Origin: Octopus vulgaris
Taxonomy: Eukaryota
DNA: 64,000 nucleotides
NCBI GenBank assembly: GCA_951406725.2
Contig: OX597817.1
Location: forward strand, 68,200,001-68,264,000
Direction of reading: 5' to 3'
Shown here: in pieces, positions 25,596 to 39,109 of the stretch
Position numbering within the stretch: position 1 is the stretch's first letter
How the letters are laid out: each line of letters begins with the position of its first letter
Position numbers and translations under genes: made by a program
The notes under the pieces: generated by a model
What the model saw: the letters and a program-made list of their open reading frames with translations, nothing else
What the model was told of the DNA's origin: nothing
Databases searched by the model: none

Positions 25596-26097
25596 TTAGA
25601 GGTGAAGAACCCCTTCACTGAGGCTTCAACTACTTCTTGGTTGACGAAGCATCGCGAACACAGGAAGTGAGAATGGATCAGATCAAGTAATAATCTGAGG
25701 GAGCCAAGTCCGGAATACATGCTGGATGTGGAATCTAAGCCTGCTCGTCGAGGTTCTTGCAATCCGAGCGAAACTACTTGAACCATCTGGTTACTGTACT
25801 GTGATAAACTGCACCCTCACATTTTGCTCAACAAAAAATATTGATTGCTTCTGCGGCGTTATGGCCCAGTTCGAACTTGTAAAGCATAAGTTCTTGAATT
25901 AGACTACGTTGCATGTTCATCTCTGCGGCTTTCAACTCACCAACAGAATAGAGCAATGGACAACGTGTCAGCCCGCCTACTACCATGATGTCCCAGCGGA
26001 CATCTTCCACACCTTGAAGTGCTTCAGTCAGATAATACACACGCCACAAACTGGCCCGTATGCAAATATTGCAACACTTTTGACTCGCTTCAATATT
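25590..26097 (-). mobile_element. Mariner remnant, internally deleted
   Basis: LMLYKFELGHNAAEA...TVTRWFK*FR (HTH) joined to PDLAPSDYYL; TIR-like end TATTGAAGCGAGTCAAAA. Confidence 0.85.
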
Positions 26098-26312
26098 AAC
26101 TATGAGTATGATAGTATCAACAACAAGTTGATACACTAAACATGAGAATATGGCAAGCAATTGCACAGCTAGAGACAAAAAGGGAATTTTAAAAAGTCAA
26201 CTCCTCTATCAGCTTGAAAAGCATTACTTGGTGAAACTTTGAGGTCATTGTCAGATTAAAAATACAAACAAATGATAGTAAATGTTTTTGACTATGAATA
26301 AAAATATCTGTG

Positions 26313-26352
<40 letters not shown>

Positions 26353-27082
26353 TATCTGATGTAATTCTGCGCACAATGTCCGTCTACCAATTCTATAAAA
26401 ATCTTTAATAAATATAAGAGACTAGAAGAAGACTACGGTGGCTGATGTAGAAGATACACAATGTGCTATAGAAAATGTTTGCTTAGAATTTCTCCTGATT
26501 ATAATCTTGCAGTGATAGGTCTTATCACGGCCGATTACAATCGAACGTGTTAAACCAGGAATCTCACGAATACAAAGCAAACTTCTTAACTACACAGTCA
26601 TACCTCTATTTAATCCTTCATTTGATTTTTACTCGTTTATTTCCATTTCGCTTCATTCTTGTAAATCAACTTATTAAATAAAAGTTGTGCGAGAATCTTT
26701 AACTTGGTGTAATTCAAAGTTGACAGTCAGTCTGAAACTGGTTAATAAATCATGATAATTGCGTTTCGTTAAAAATGGAAATGCAGTGTTTTACAAAAAT
26801 TATTTGCTAACCTTGCCGACAAATCTTAATAAGTGAATCAGCATGCGTTTGTTTCAGTATAACTTGTATTTCTTTTGTATCTTAACTTTCTCAATAATAA
26901 ATAATGCACTTAGCGGAGATAAATATTGTTGCTGGTGTTGTTGTTTAGCCAAAGCTGTACTCTGATCGAACACACCTGTAATCGAAGGTGTTTCAGCTGT
27001 GACTATTCAGTCATTTTTGGGATTCTGGTACAACCTAGATTTTCTGGAAGCTTTAATTACAAGTTTTTACGGATTAGTGATT

Positions 27083-27398
27083 TTATTTTTATATGTGCCC
27101 TTTCTCAAGCCTAGCCAGGCTCATGGGCTCGGTTTCCCGGTTTCTGTGATGTATGTGTTCCCCCCCAGATGGACGGGACGCCAGTCCATCGCAGCGTTAT
27201 TCAAGAAGCAGGAAGAAAGAGTGAGAGAAAGTTGGGGCGAAAGAGTACAACAGGGGTCGCCACCACCGTCTGCCAGAGGCTCGTGGAGCTGTTAGGTGTT
27301 TTCGCTCAATAAACGCACAACGCCTGGTCTGGGAATCGAAACCGCTATCCTCCGACCGTGGGACCGCTGCCCCAACCAGTGGGCCATTGCGTCTCCAC
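27083..27398 (-). mobile_element. SINE family C, full length, 14-bp TSD
   Basis: ACGGATTAGTGATT at 27069-27082 and 27399-27412; head GTGGAGACGCAATGGCCCACTGG and B-box GGTTTCGATTCC. Confidence 0.93.
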
Positions 27399-27412
27399 AC
27401 GGATTAGTGATT

Positions 27413-27576
27413 AGCAGAAGACTTCTATGGAGCCTTTAAGAAGGGGCTAGGGTGTTACAACAAATGCTCTGAGGTGAAAGGAACCTACTTTGAAGGAGAT
27501 TAGAGTTTTGTACTTCTTTGAAGCCAAGAAATGTTTCTTCTAAAATAGTCTCGAAAATTCTGGAATGCCTTTTGTA
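27413..27576 (+). mobile_element. Mariner 3' end fragment
   Basis: EDFYGAFKK...KCSEVKGTYFEGD* (C-terminal GxYFE motif) followed by a TIR-like end. Confidence 0.6.
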
Positions 27577-28629
27577 AAAAGGAAAAAAAGAGGTATTTTA
27601 GAACATTCAAGATTTTTTTCTGAAGAGCTCCAGCGGCGCCAGTGAAGCGATATGATTCCAGCCGGGTGGTGAAACCATAATGCTTTTTAAACTTGCTTTA
27701 ATCTTACTTTTTGATCAACCGCACAGGCTCAAAAGGTAACAAAAAAGTCATGCTTTCTCTGAAGTTTGCTTAAAACCAATCTTCGTTAGTGAGAAGTACG
27801 GGCTGAAGTTGATTAATTTGGTTACACAGAATATCACAGGTATTTTATTTCATTGACATAACGACATAAAGAATAAAGTAGAAACTCAGTGACGAAGCCG
27901 CTACGTCGTCGCACGACCTGTTAGAAATAGCCAACAAATTTTCTTCATATATAACACAGGCGGCCTCCCTACAAAAAGTGGTCTACATCACTGAATACGA
28001 AGTCACAGTTGTTATATCAGAGTTATCCTTTTCCAAGAAAGATGTAATTGATGTAATAACAAATACTAAGGATCCTTCACTCCTATGTGTGTGCGTACGT
28101 AGCTGTAAGGTAGTAGTTGTTCGCTCCCCTGCTGGCAATATATATATATATATATATACACGCACACACACACGCACGCGCACGTAAATGTACTTTAGAG
28201 GTGCCCAAATAAAAATGCATTCTTACACATGTCTAAGTGTGGAATTTCTCCTGGGACTACTTCGGTGGGTCTTATCACGGCTGATTGGTCTTATGGCAGC
28301 TGATTACAATCAAACGTGTTAAACATGACTTTACACGATAACATTTTTATCGTGCGACATTAATTATTTAATTCCGGCCAGACATAGCCATTTGCACAGC
28401 AGCCGACAATTTGCCTGCTGTTTTCGTAAGTCTAACTTCATACTTATAAGAGTGTGTGGCGATCGTGTTTGCTTTTGTGGTTAATCAAACGGAACGACGC
28501 CTAAACGTCACCTGCAGCTCATAACAAAATGTTTGCTTAGACAAGGTTTAGAATTTCTCCTGATTATGGTCTTGCAGCGATAGGTCTCATCACGGCCGAT
28601 TACAATCGAACGTGTTAAACATGACTTTA

Positions 28630-28720
28630 CGCGATAATACACATATATATGCATACACACTCACTCACATACCCACCCCACACACATTCATACAAACATA
28701 CATGTGTATATATGTATGTG

Positions 28721-28766
<46 letters not shown>

Positions 28767-28836
28767 CACATATGCATATACATATATAGACAGATATCTG
28801 TGTTCGCACATGTGTTCATACGTATAAAAATACATA

Positions 28837-28890
<54 letters not shown>

Positions 28891-29315
28891 CACATACACA
28901 CACAAAGAGACTCACTCACATTCACACACAGATACACATGCAGCAAACCCTTCTTTTAATCTGCATGCACGACCGTGTGTGTGAGTGTGTAGGAGTGTAC
29001 GCACATGTGTGTGTGTATACATGTAATTGTGTCCTGCGATAATATAACTAAACTCAGTTCGTCACACGCCGTAAACCAAATTGATTTCTTTGCCACCAAT
29101 ATTCCGTTTATGTTTTCAACAGCTTTAAAACAACATCAAATATAAACAAGAATGCGTTTTTTTGTTTTTGGTTTATTCTTCTCGAAAGATCAGGATCTGG
29201 GTTTAGATAAAGTAGTTGCATAGTAACATATTATGTATTGTGCGATTACATGTATGTTTGTGTGTATGTGTGAGAGGGAGAGTTTGTGGGTTTATATGTG
29301 TGTGTATTTGTGTGC

Positions 29316-29358
<43 letters not shown>

Positions 29359-29375
29359 TATATATATACACATAT

Positions 29376-29422
<47 letters not shown>

Positions 29423-29553
29423 TATATATATATAAATACATATATACATATACATATATATATACGGATATATATACATATATATATATATATGTATGTA
29501 TATATGCACACAAACACATACACATACGCATATATATATATATATAATATAAT

Positions 29554-29619
<66 letters not shown>

Positions 29620-29660
29620 TGTGTGCGTGTACATGTGTGTGTGTTGTGTGTATGTGTTTT
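28630..29660. repeat. Compound (TA)/(CA)/(TG) microsatellite field
   Basis: Directly visible. Confidence 0.9.
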
Positions 29661-30645
29661 ATTAAAGATGCCTGTCAACAAAAGTGAATAAACACTTAAC
29701 TTGATAAAATATTTAATTGAACATTTATAAGGATATTTTTTATATATAAATGAAATTTTTATCAGTTTTCTACTTAATTGCATATTACATTCTCTCTCCG
29801 CGCCTCTCTCCCCCTCTTTCTCACTCTCTCTATTTGCTGTACTCGTCTCTTGCTTTCATTTTCTACTTCTCTCTCTCTCTCTCTCTCTCTCAGTCTCTAC
29901 ACCTGGCTACCCTCTCTTTCTCTCTCTTCTTCACTTTAACTTCTTCATCCGCGGCATTCTCTCTGCATCATTTCAAATCTGCTTTTTCTCTTTCCTCATT
30001 TATTTACAGTAGTTGGCGGAATTTTCATGATAAACCACCGCCAAAACCACCACCAAAACTACCACAAAAACCACCACCACTACCGTCATCATTATCGTCG
30101 TCATCATCATGGTCGAAGTTGCCTTTGTCATGGTCGTCGACGTCATCATCGTTGTCGTCATCGTAGTCGTCGTCGACCTCCTCGCCATCTTTCATCGTTG
30201 TTGCTTTCCAGTATTGAATCGTTGAGTATTATTATTTCTATATGCATTGAAACTAGAAGTTATCTGTTAAGCACTGTTTAAATAAACAAACAAAAGAAGC
30301 AAACACAAAGCAAACCCCCTCCGCACACAACAAAACAAAGCACAAAGGACACCGACTATGATGTAACTCAATGAAGATATATTGAAAGTTAACTATTTTC
30401 ATATGGAGCAAATAACATCTATAATCACTCTGGGTTGAAATCGTTCACCATAATCGATCTTTTAAATGGCAAACTGACAGAATCATTAGAACGGTGGACA
30501 GAATTCTTTGTGAACCCGGACTCTTTGAATTCTGAGTTCGTACCTCGCCGAAGTTAGCTTTGCTTTTCATCTCCTTGGGGCTCGATAAAATTGTACCAAT
30601 CCAGGGTGTAAATTAATGAAATTGGTAGAGGGTAGGTCTAGATAC

Positions 30646-30802
30646 CTTATGGTGTTTGATTTGGCTCTCTGTGTTCTGAAGAACGTCTGCGGTGACACTG
30701 GTGCCAAGCTGTTTTGGTTCAAATCGGTAGCCTTACTCTCTTCAATAAATATCGTTGACATGGAGAAAGGAGCTTTGCAAGCAAATGCGAAAGCGAATCT
30801 TC
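30646..30802 (-). other. Candidate coding exon (unverified)
   Basis: ttgttaag| acceptor, AG|gtatct donor; open frame RFAFAFACKAPFSMSTIFIEESKATDLNQNSLAPVSPQTFFRTQRAKSNTI; non-repetitive; no family recognised. Confidence 0.35.
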
Positions 30803-30896
30803 CTTAACAAATCGTATCCAATCCTACAATTAACTGTGCAGATGCACAGTCAGCTCCTATAATCGATATACTTTGCCTTCCATATTATTTTCAAGG

Positions 30897-31229
30897 TGCG
30901 TGCGTGGTTGCGTGTTAAGATTTCTTCCCAACCACGTGGTTCAGGGTTCAGTCCCATTCCATGACATTTTAAGTGTCTTCTATCATATCCCCAGACGAGT
31001 GGATTTGGTAGACAGAAACTGAAAGAAGCTCGTCGTATATATATATATATATATATATAATGGACTCTGCCGTCGAAGACCACGTTTGAGCGTTCAGCGT
31101 TTTGCTGAACGACCTGCACAACTGATTTGTTTGTTTATAGTGAACATATCTTCGTGTTGCACGTTAGTCCACTCTCTCCATCAAATCGACATTGTCTGAA
31201 CAGGGGCACGGTGTACCACGCGTCAGTTA

Positions 31230-31307
<78 letters not shown>

Positions 31308-31540
31308 TGAGTTTGTATTAGTGTGTGTCTTTGTGTTTGTCCTCCACCTCCGCTTGATAATCGTGATTGGTTTATTTACGTTTCCGTAACTTTGCGGTTC
31401 GGTAATATGAGACCGTTAGAATAAGTACAAGGTCAGGAAAAAATATATATGTACTGGGTTCGATTTGTTAGACTGAACTCCTCAAAGGGTTTCCCCACCA
31501 TGGCCAGTGTCTAATGACTGAAACAAATAACAGACCCCCA
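30897..31540 (+). mobile_element. SINE family A with a ~170-bp unrelated insert in its internal microsatellite
   Basis: Head GCGTGCGTGGTTGCGTGTTAAG..GGGTTCAGTCCC; body resumes after 31320; foreign segment at 31060-31230. Confidence 0.8.
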
Positions 31541-31704
31541 AAATAAAAGGATTAGATTATCGAATGTATTCTGTGTTTTTGACCTTGAAAGCAAAAGAAT
31601 TATAAACCGTGGAAGATCTAGCTGCAATTTCTAGCAGGTGTTATTACTGTTCCCTCACCCCGTGTAATCCTTCAGTGCTCAAAAAGATTCTAGCCATGAC
31701 CATA

Positions 31705-32107
31705 TTGTCCTTAAGAAGCTCGGTTTGTAACCATATAGTTTCGGGTTCAGTTCTACTGCATGGCACCTTAGGTAAGTGTCTTCTTCTATAGCACCAAACC
31801 ATTGTGAGTGAATCCGATAGAGGGAAACGGTGCGGAAGCCTATCGTATATATATGTCTGTGTGTATGTATGTATATGTGTGTCTTCGTGTGTTTTTGTCT
31901 GTGTAAGCTACTCACCGCTTGACGACCGGTGTTGACTTGTTTACGTCCTTGTAATTTAACAGTTTCTGCAAAAGAGACTGATAGAATAAGTACCATAAGT
32001 ACCAGAGATCTAAAAATAAGTACTAGGGTAAATTTTTTCGACTAAACCTATCATGGTGGTGTCCCAGCATGGTCGCAGTACAATGACTGAAACAAGTAAA
32101 TGAAAGA
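31705..32107 (+). mobile_element. SINE family A
   Basis: GGGTTCAGTTC B-box, CCCAGCATGGTCGCAG and TGACTGAAACAAGTAAA tail. Confidence 0.85.
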
Positions 32108-32782
32108 CAGTGCAGAGTGTATATCAAGAACTCGATATCTTGTGTAAATGAATTTTAATCGAATTTCAAAAGAATTGTTCGAAAACATGCAACAGCTCTA
32201 GTTTTAAAGATTTAACAACTTTTAACGAAGAAGAATCGTTTCGAAAAATTAACACCCGTGTTGTTGTGAAGGTAGTGTGAACTGTAAGTAACATGCCATA
32301 AATATTTAATTGAAATCGTAATCAATAATGAATGATAATATATTCTTCGTTGAATTACTAAAAGAAAGGAAGAAATATGGTTGGGAAAATCATTTTGTAT
32401 CATGAATATTCACGAAGCTTTCTGTTCATTAATAAAATTACCAGTATTTTCTGTTTCAATAAATCCATTAATTTAACTATACCGAACTGCTGCTTTTACG
32501 ACAAAAGGCGTGTCTGTTTGGTAAGAAACATGCTTACCAACCATATGGTTCCAGGTTCAATTCCTCTGTGTGGAACCATGGGCAAATGTCTTCCCCGAGA
32601 CAGAAACTGAAAGAAACCCGTCGTGTGTGTATATTGTGATATTTCGAACGCAGTATCACTGCTAGAATAGCAGAAAAATTGGGTATTATTACACTTACAA
32701 GGCGGAAAAAGTTGACAACAAACATCCATGGTTGTTTTCCTACTGTTTTAACGGCGATACTGCATTCGAAATATCCCTTTCT

Positions 32783-32824
<42 letters not shown>

Positions 32825-33337
32825 GTGTACGTGCGTGAGTGTGTGTGTATTTATCTATGTGTGTATGTCACCCGCCAACCGGTGTTAATTTGCTTACGTT
32901 TCCGTTACTTTGCAGTTCGTCATAGTCATTCGACTAAAATCTTCAAAGTGATGCCCCAGCATGGCCGCAGTCCAAAGACTGGATTTAGTAACAGATAAAC
33001 GGTATTCAATATGTCTTTTCTCTGTAAAGACACTACACTGTGACATGGTAGATTTAGCTATGATTTCTAGTGTATCAATAGACCAGACATTGAGTGAGAT
33101 TTGTTATTGTTGTTATTGTTTTTGTGTCATCCCACCAGGCCAGTCTTGATTCAATAGAGCTATGATCATAGGCATTCTAGCCATGATCATCACGTCTTTT
33201 TTAGGCATAATTTACTCAAACTATATTATTCAACGCTTATTTACTCATTCTCTAGCTTTAGTCATTGGGTTAGGGCCACACTGGTGCACCATCTTCAACG
33301 ATATTGGTGATGCAAACAACATTTACACTTATTTTTA

Positions 33338-33338
33338 T

Positions 33339-33390
<52 letters not shown>

Positions 33391-33400
33391 CACCACCACC

Positions 33401-33452
<52 letters not shown>

Positions 33453-33866
33453 TGACGACGACGAGTTTTATTGACTTCGGAATGAAGAAAGACAAACTAG
33501 AGCTACTAGATCAGAACTGATCTGGGAGAAGAAGAAGAAGAAGAAGAAGAAGAAGAAGAAGAAGAAGAAGAAGAAGAAGAAAAAGAAGAAGATGAAGAGG
33601 AAGTAGAAGAAGAGGAAGAAGAAGGGGAAGTAGAAGAAGAGGAAGAAGAAGTAGAAGAAGAAGAAGACGAAGAAGAAGACGAAGAAGAAGATGAAGAGGA
33701 AGATGAAGAAGATGATGATGATGATGAAGAAGAAGAAGAAGAAAAGAAGATAAAGAAGAAGAAGAAGAAGAAGGGGAAGAAGAAGAAGAAGATGAAGAAG
33801 AAGAAGATGAAGAGGAAGAAGAAGAAGAAGACGAAGAAGAAGATGATGATGAAGAGGAAAAAGAAG
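33338..33866. repeat. (CTA/CCA)n tract and ~340-bp degenerate (GAA)n purine tract
   Basis: Directly visible (33338-33452; 33526-33866). Confidence 0.95.
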
Positions 33867-34789
33867 AACGGATTCTAGCAACGGATTAAGGCCACCGAGT
33901 CTTATTCTGCTAATATCATTCTCACGAGTCCGTAACGAAGTCATTTATCCAAAATATCAGGTTCGCATCTACAAGTTGCACACCGCAAAGTGTACGAGTA
34001 TTTCATAAATTTAAAGTGTCGAATTCCAATTTTGCAATATATCAAGGCTTATTTTACTAAAAAAAAAAAAAGGTGGGCTGGTTGTTGGATGTTGAGTGTT
34101 GGGTGGGCATTGGGCCAGCAATCCATCACTATAAAAATAAACAGTGCTTCAGAAACCAATGATACAAATGATTATTTTTATACATCACTTGAAGGCGTTT
34201 GTGATGATAAGAGTGACATTGATGTTGTCGTTATTGTTTTTGTTGTTGTTGATGATGATAAAGATAATGGTGATGATGATGATGATGATGATGACGATGA
34301 AGGATCTTAGGCTTTATCAGAAGTGTCATAATAATTCATTTATTTTTTGTGTTTGACATTTTTTGATAATATTGATTTCTTACACAAAGCTTACAAAACT
34401 CGCCTCATAATTATTTTTCTAATTGGCTTGAGGCCACACGTTTTTTAAAATCAAAACTATTCCAGTATTTGATTGGCACTTTATTTAATCGATCCCGGAA
34501 GGATTTATCTAAATATTACAAATAAAATGATTTCTAACGTTGGTATAAGTGTATACATTCGGAAAAGAGCTTTTTGTCGATTAAACTGAATCTAGGCTAT
34601 GATTGGAAATTTTTTTTTCACACTGTAAGAATGTGAAACAAAAGTAATTTGAACTAAATACATCAAGATATTGTATCAAGAGTTCTACTGATTCTTTGCC
34701 CACCATTTTAATACTGTAATGAATTTTATACAAAGCCACATAATTTGAGGTTAGGAAACAGTTTGACGATATTCTTTTCTTCTCTGGGC

Positions 34790-35172
34790 ACAACGCCCGA
34801 AATTTTGGGGCCAGTCGATTAGATCGACCTCAGTACGCAACTGGTACTTAATTTATCGACTCCGAGTGGTTGAAAGGCCTCGACATAATTCGACTTCGAC
34901 ATAATTTGAACTCAGAACGTAGCGGCAGATGAAATACCTGTTTCTTTACTACCACCAAGGTGCTAAACACAGATAGGACAAACAAGGATAGACGAACGGA
35001 TTAAGTCGATTATATCGACCTCAGTGCGTAACTGGTACTTATTTAATCGACCCCGAAAGGATGAAAGGCAAATTCGACCTCGGCGGAATTTGAACTCAGA
35101 ATGTAACGGCAGACGAAATACGGCTACGCATTTCGCCCGGCGTGCTAACGTTTCTTCCAGCTCGCCGCCTTC
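34790..35172 (-). mobile_element. Dimeric SINE family B element
   Basis: Full monomer joined to a head-truncated second monomer at GAAATACC|T(G/A)TTTCTTTA; same junction at 56560-56955. Confidence 0.85.
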
Positions 35173-35359
35173 AGTTTGACGATATTACCTTTAGTACTTG
35201 CTTGGTAGTTTAATTTGTTGCCTGAAATAGCACGAACGGCTACGAAGAGTTCCGGACTCGGCCTTCTACCCGATGTTTTATTTATTCTATCATTCACCAC
35301 TTGACAGTCATAAATATCAAGTTCCAACATAGGCACGGAACCATAAGTAATCAATTGTA

Positions 35360-35910
35360 GTGATCCCAGTACTTGTCTGGTGCTTTACTTGTTTTGATTC
35401 TGGATAGATGAAAGGTAACGTTGACCACGGCATGCAACGCTCTAACAATTCTTACAATACATCGCCTTGAATTATTTGTAACATAGGTATTGGGCCTCGT
35501 ATTTGTGGGGAGGTGTGTAGTTGATTACATCGACACCAGTACTTCACTGGTACAATTATTATCTACCGCTGGAAGAAGAAAGGTAAAGTTGACGTCGTTG
35601 AGATTTAAACTCAGAACATAGAGAACTAACTGTAAGAATCGCTAACCATTTTATGCAATGCTTTAACTTTTCTTTGTAATAATAATAATAATAATAATAA
35701 TGATAATCCTTTCTCCTGAAGGTACAAGGCCTGAAATTTTGGAGGAGAGGACTAGTTGATTACATTGACCTCAGTGTTTCACTGGTGCTTATTCCATCGA
35801 CCTCGGAGAGATGAAAGGCAAAGCTAACTTCGGCGGGATCTGGACTTAGAAGTAAAAAGCTGGTACAAATACCGCAGGGCATTTTGTAAGACGCTCTAAT
35901 GATTCTGAAA
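35360..35910 (-). mobile_element. Three older, diverged SINE B copies in tandem
   Basis: Repeated GATTACAT.GAC..CAGT...GAAAGG.AAAG blocks. Confidence 0.7.
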
Positions 35911-36699
35911 ATGTAAATGAAAGAAAAAATACAAAAAAAATTCTGGCAGGATTTCAGGTCGGAATAAAAAGCATCTTAAATAGATAATTTCAACTTGACA
36001 GAGACTTTACCGATTCTGCTCTGATGAAACAATAACATTATCAATAACAAGTAATTTCAAAATCGAAATTAGTTATCTCTGTTCTATTTTCTTCATATAT
36101 GAATACCGACTTCTTATTTTAATTATAAAGATTTATTTATAAAAGTCTATTAACAATTCAAAGAAAATGTATTTCGATATACTTAGGTGCAAATATAGCT
36201 GTGAGGTTAGAAATGTCGCTTTACAATGATGTTAGTTTGGGTTCCATCAATTAGCACCGCATCTTGAGCAAGTTTCTTCAACTCTAGTTTAGGATCAATC
36301 CATATTTTTTTTCTCACGGAATTTTATGATCGAAAACTTGCGTGAAACCTTGTGTTTATGTATATTTGCTGTAAATCGAACTTGATAATTTTTATCCACT
36401 TAACCCGAAGATTATTCAGGTTAGCCGTGAATAATAACACGATTACTAGCGATTCAGTTCTCCATGTATATTTATGTATCTACTCCGTTCGGAAGGTTAC
36501 TTCGCACACATGTATGTCATGGTTCTTGATATTTTTAATATTTCGAAATTCACAAAAAGGAACGGATCCTTTCTGTTTGACCGACTTCCATAAGGTGAAA
36601 ACACTGTGTGTTATCGTAAGCTTTTTTTTAGGAGTGATTTCTTAAAAAAAAAAAATGGTCGAGATTTTCGTAACTGGAATGAAGAAAAAATTAGCTTGT

Positions 36700-37000
36700 A
36701 TCTTTTATTTTTACTTGTTTTAGTCATTGGACTGAAACCATACTGAGGCACCGCTTTGAAGGGCTTTAAGTCGAACAAATCGAACCCAGTCTGGTGCTTA
36801 TTCTATCAGTTTCTTTTGACGAAATTCTAGTTTGCAGGGATGTGAACAAACCAACACCTGTTCTCAAGCGGTAGGCGAGGGATAAACACAGACACAAAGG
36901 CAGACACGCATAAATATACATACGACGGGCTTCCACACAGTTTTCGTCTCCCGAATTCATTCACAAGGCAATGGTCGGCTCGATGGTATAATAGAAGACT
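36700..37000 (-). mobile_element. SINE family A, head-truncated
   Basis: TTTTACTTGTTT.AGTCATTGGACTG tail and ACGACGGGCTTC body. Confidence 0.85.
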
Positions 37001-37009
37001 TACAAAAAA

Positions 37010-37502
37010 TAGGAAAAGATGGCTCAAAAAGAAAAAAAATCAACCCTGGCTTTTAGTATTTTCAGAGATTTAGTGATTCAATGTGACAGTTTGTTGGTAT
37101 TTGTGATTGGAATTGGCAACCAATTCTTCTTCAAATCAATTGGAAGAATACATTAAATAATGTAACCCGTAATCTCTCTCTATATAAAGCTGAAGTTGTC
37201 TGTGTATGGCAGGTTTGGTAGCCTTCAACTAACACTATCTCATCCGAGATCCTGCGGCGCAAGATGACCAAAATTGAGAGTATGATAGAAGAAGGCTTGC
37301 TGTTCCTTCCGTAGAAGAAACAATTCAAATCGGACCACGTTAACACCAAAAATTATTTACATCAAAAAGGTGCTTTTTTTCTATGAAAATCCATATTTTT
37401 TATAATTTTTTGACTGCTACATAATGCAAAATTTTTACTTTTCAAAAATTCCATTTTTAAAGGGTCGAAACAAGCCCTATCAACGCCGGGTGATACTGCT
37501 AG
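37010..37502 (+). mobile_element. Probable non-autonomous Helitron, 3' end
   Basis: Ends in GC-rich GCCC...GCCGGGT followed by CTAG|T (CTRR terminus); left boundary uncertain. Confidence 0.45.
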
Positions 37503-38180
37503 TATATATTAAAAATAAAGTGGAACGATCACAGCTGGAACGTTTTTGATTATATACCTGCTCGATCATGACTGGTCTGGTTTGGGGTTAAACAACAATA
37601 CCAACAACAACCGCATTCGCTTTTGTCAAAGCTAAGCTTAACATCTCGATATTGTTTATATAGAAATAGCTATCCATATCTCTTCTGAAACAACAGAAGA
37701 GTATCTATGTTAAAGTTAGCAACAGAAGTAACAACAACAACAACAACAACATTCCTTTTGTAGTACTTCTAAGTTTAGAAAGTTCTGTAAATTAGTGGCA
37801 GGCTGTATTATCGGTGAGCAGAGATGTGATTTACGGTCTTGATTTAGAGAGAGAGAGAGAGAGAGGGGGAGGGGGGGAATCTCTTTTATTCTTTTGTTGT
37901 GTTGACGCGAGTGTCTTGACATGTTTCATAGTTTCTTAAGAGAACGTCAGAAAACCGAAGCTGATAAAGAAAATTTCATATCGGACAATAACAAACGCTT
38001 GAACACACACGTACAGGTAACCACGCTGACAGCCGAGCCAAATAGAGAGGACTCTGAGTGGTCATTCGATTTACTAGAAATAGCAGTCGAATATCTTCCT
38101 GAAATTATACCCGATCGTTTAAAACAAAGTAGAGTTATTATAGTTTAATAACATGAGAGGGTCACAGCTGGAAAGTCGTT

Positions 38181-38602
38181 GGGTCTTTTCGGTTTGAACA
38201 GCAGTTTTTAACATAATTTCTAGGTAATTAAAAAATTTTAAACTTCGTATACTGATAGAATGTGTTTATAAAACATCTTTTTCTCTTGGCTTTATTGAGA
38301 AAATTCTATAGTTTGTAAGATATTTGTTGTTTTTTTCTTCAATTTCTGCAATTTCAACCAATCAGTGACGTCTATTGAGTTGAAAAGCATTCTGTGCCGT
38401 ATGAATATGTCCCTCGTTTAAGAAACAGATTGGGTTTATTTACATTTGTGAAGAAAAAAAACAACCCTTCCCACACCCCTAACCCTACCCCTAATTAACC
38501 CTAACTAACCCTACCCCTAAAACAGATTGAAATGCAATAGATCGATTCTAGGGTCATAATTATGGGTGACAATTTCATATGCCGTTCAAACCGAAAAGAT
38601 CC
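38181..38602. mobile_element. Merlin-like MITE, 23-bp TIRs and 8-bp TSD
   Basis: GGGTCTTTTCGGTTTGAACAGCA / TGCCGTTCAAACCGAAAAGATCC (2 mismatches); AAGTCGTT at 38173-38180 and 38603-38610. GG termini with 8-bp TSD fit the Merlin superfamily. Confidence 0.85.
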
Positions 38603-38849
38603 AAGTCGTTTATTATTGTCCAGCACAAATAGAGCAGGCCTGAGGTTAAGCAACAACCACTCAAAAGATACATGCAAAAGACAAGCACTCACACACACAC
38701 ACACACATACACATAAAGACACAGACATAGTGTGCGCCACACACTACACACGACAAACATAGAAAGAAGTTCACTTGTACAACCACACACACACGTACAT
38801 AAACAGGCATACAAACACACATTTACGCACAAAAACATACATAGCCATA

Positions 38850-39109
38850 GTGGAGGCATGTGGCTTAGTGGTTAGGGTGTCAGCATCATGATCGTAAGAC
38901 TGTGGTTCGATTCCTGGATCTGGCGATGCGTTGTGTTCTTGAGCAAATCACTTCATTTCACGTTGCTCCAGTCCACTTAACTGACAAAAATGAGTAACGC
39001 TGCGATGGACTGGCATCCCGTCCAGCCGGGGAACACATACACCATAGAAACCGGGAAACCGAGCCCATGAGCCTGGCTAGGCTTTGAAAGGGTGCATTTA
39101 TTTATTATT
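38850..39109 (+). mobile_element. SINE family C (CORE-like), full length, 13-bp TSD
   Basis: ATACATAGCCATA at 38837-38849 and 39110-39122; A-box TGGCTTAGTGG, B-box GGTTCGATTCC, CORE-like GTGTTCTTGAGCAAATCACTT..AAAAATGAGTA. Confidence 0.93.

Noticed and set aside
26473-28635. CRISPR-like or other regularly spaced array
   Set aside because: Spacing is irregular, copies are diverged, the context is eukaryotic and there are no cas genes.
38476-38520. True telomere or chromosome fusion site
   Set aside because: Short, degenerate and internal to a TIR/TSD-bounded element.
38850-38925. tRNA gene
   Set aside because: The A/B boxes belong to a TSD-flanked SINE head; there is no complete cloverleaf, and the same applies to the other SINE heads.
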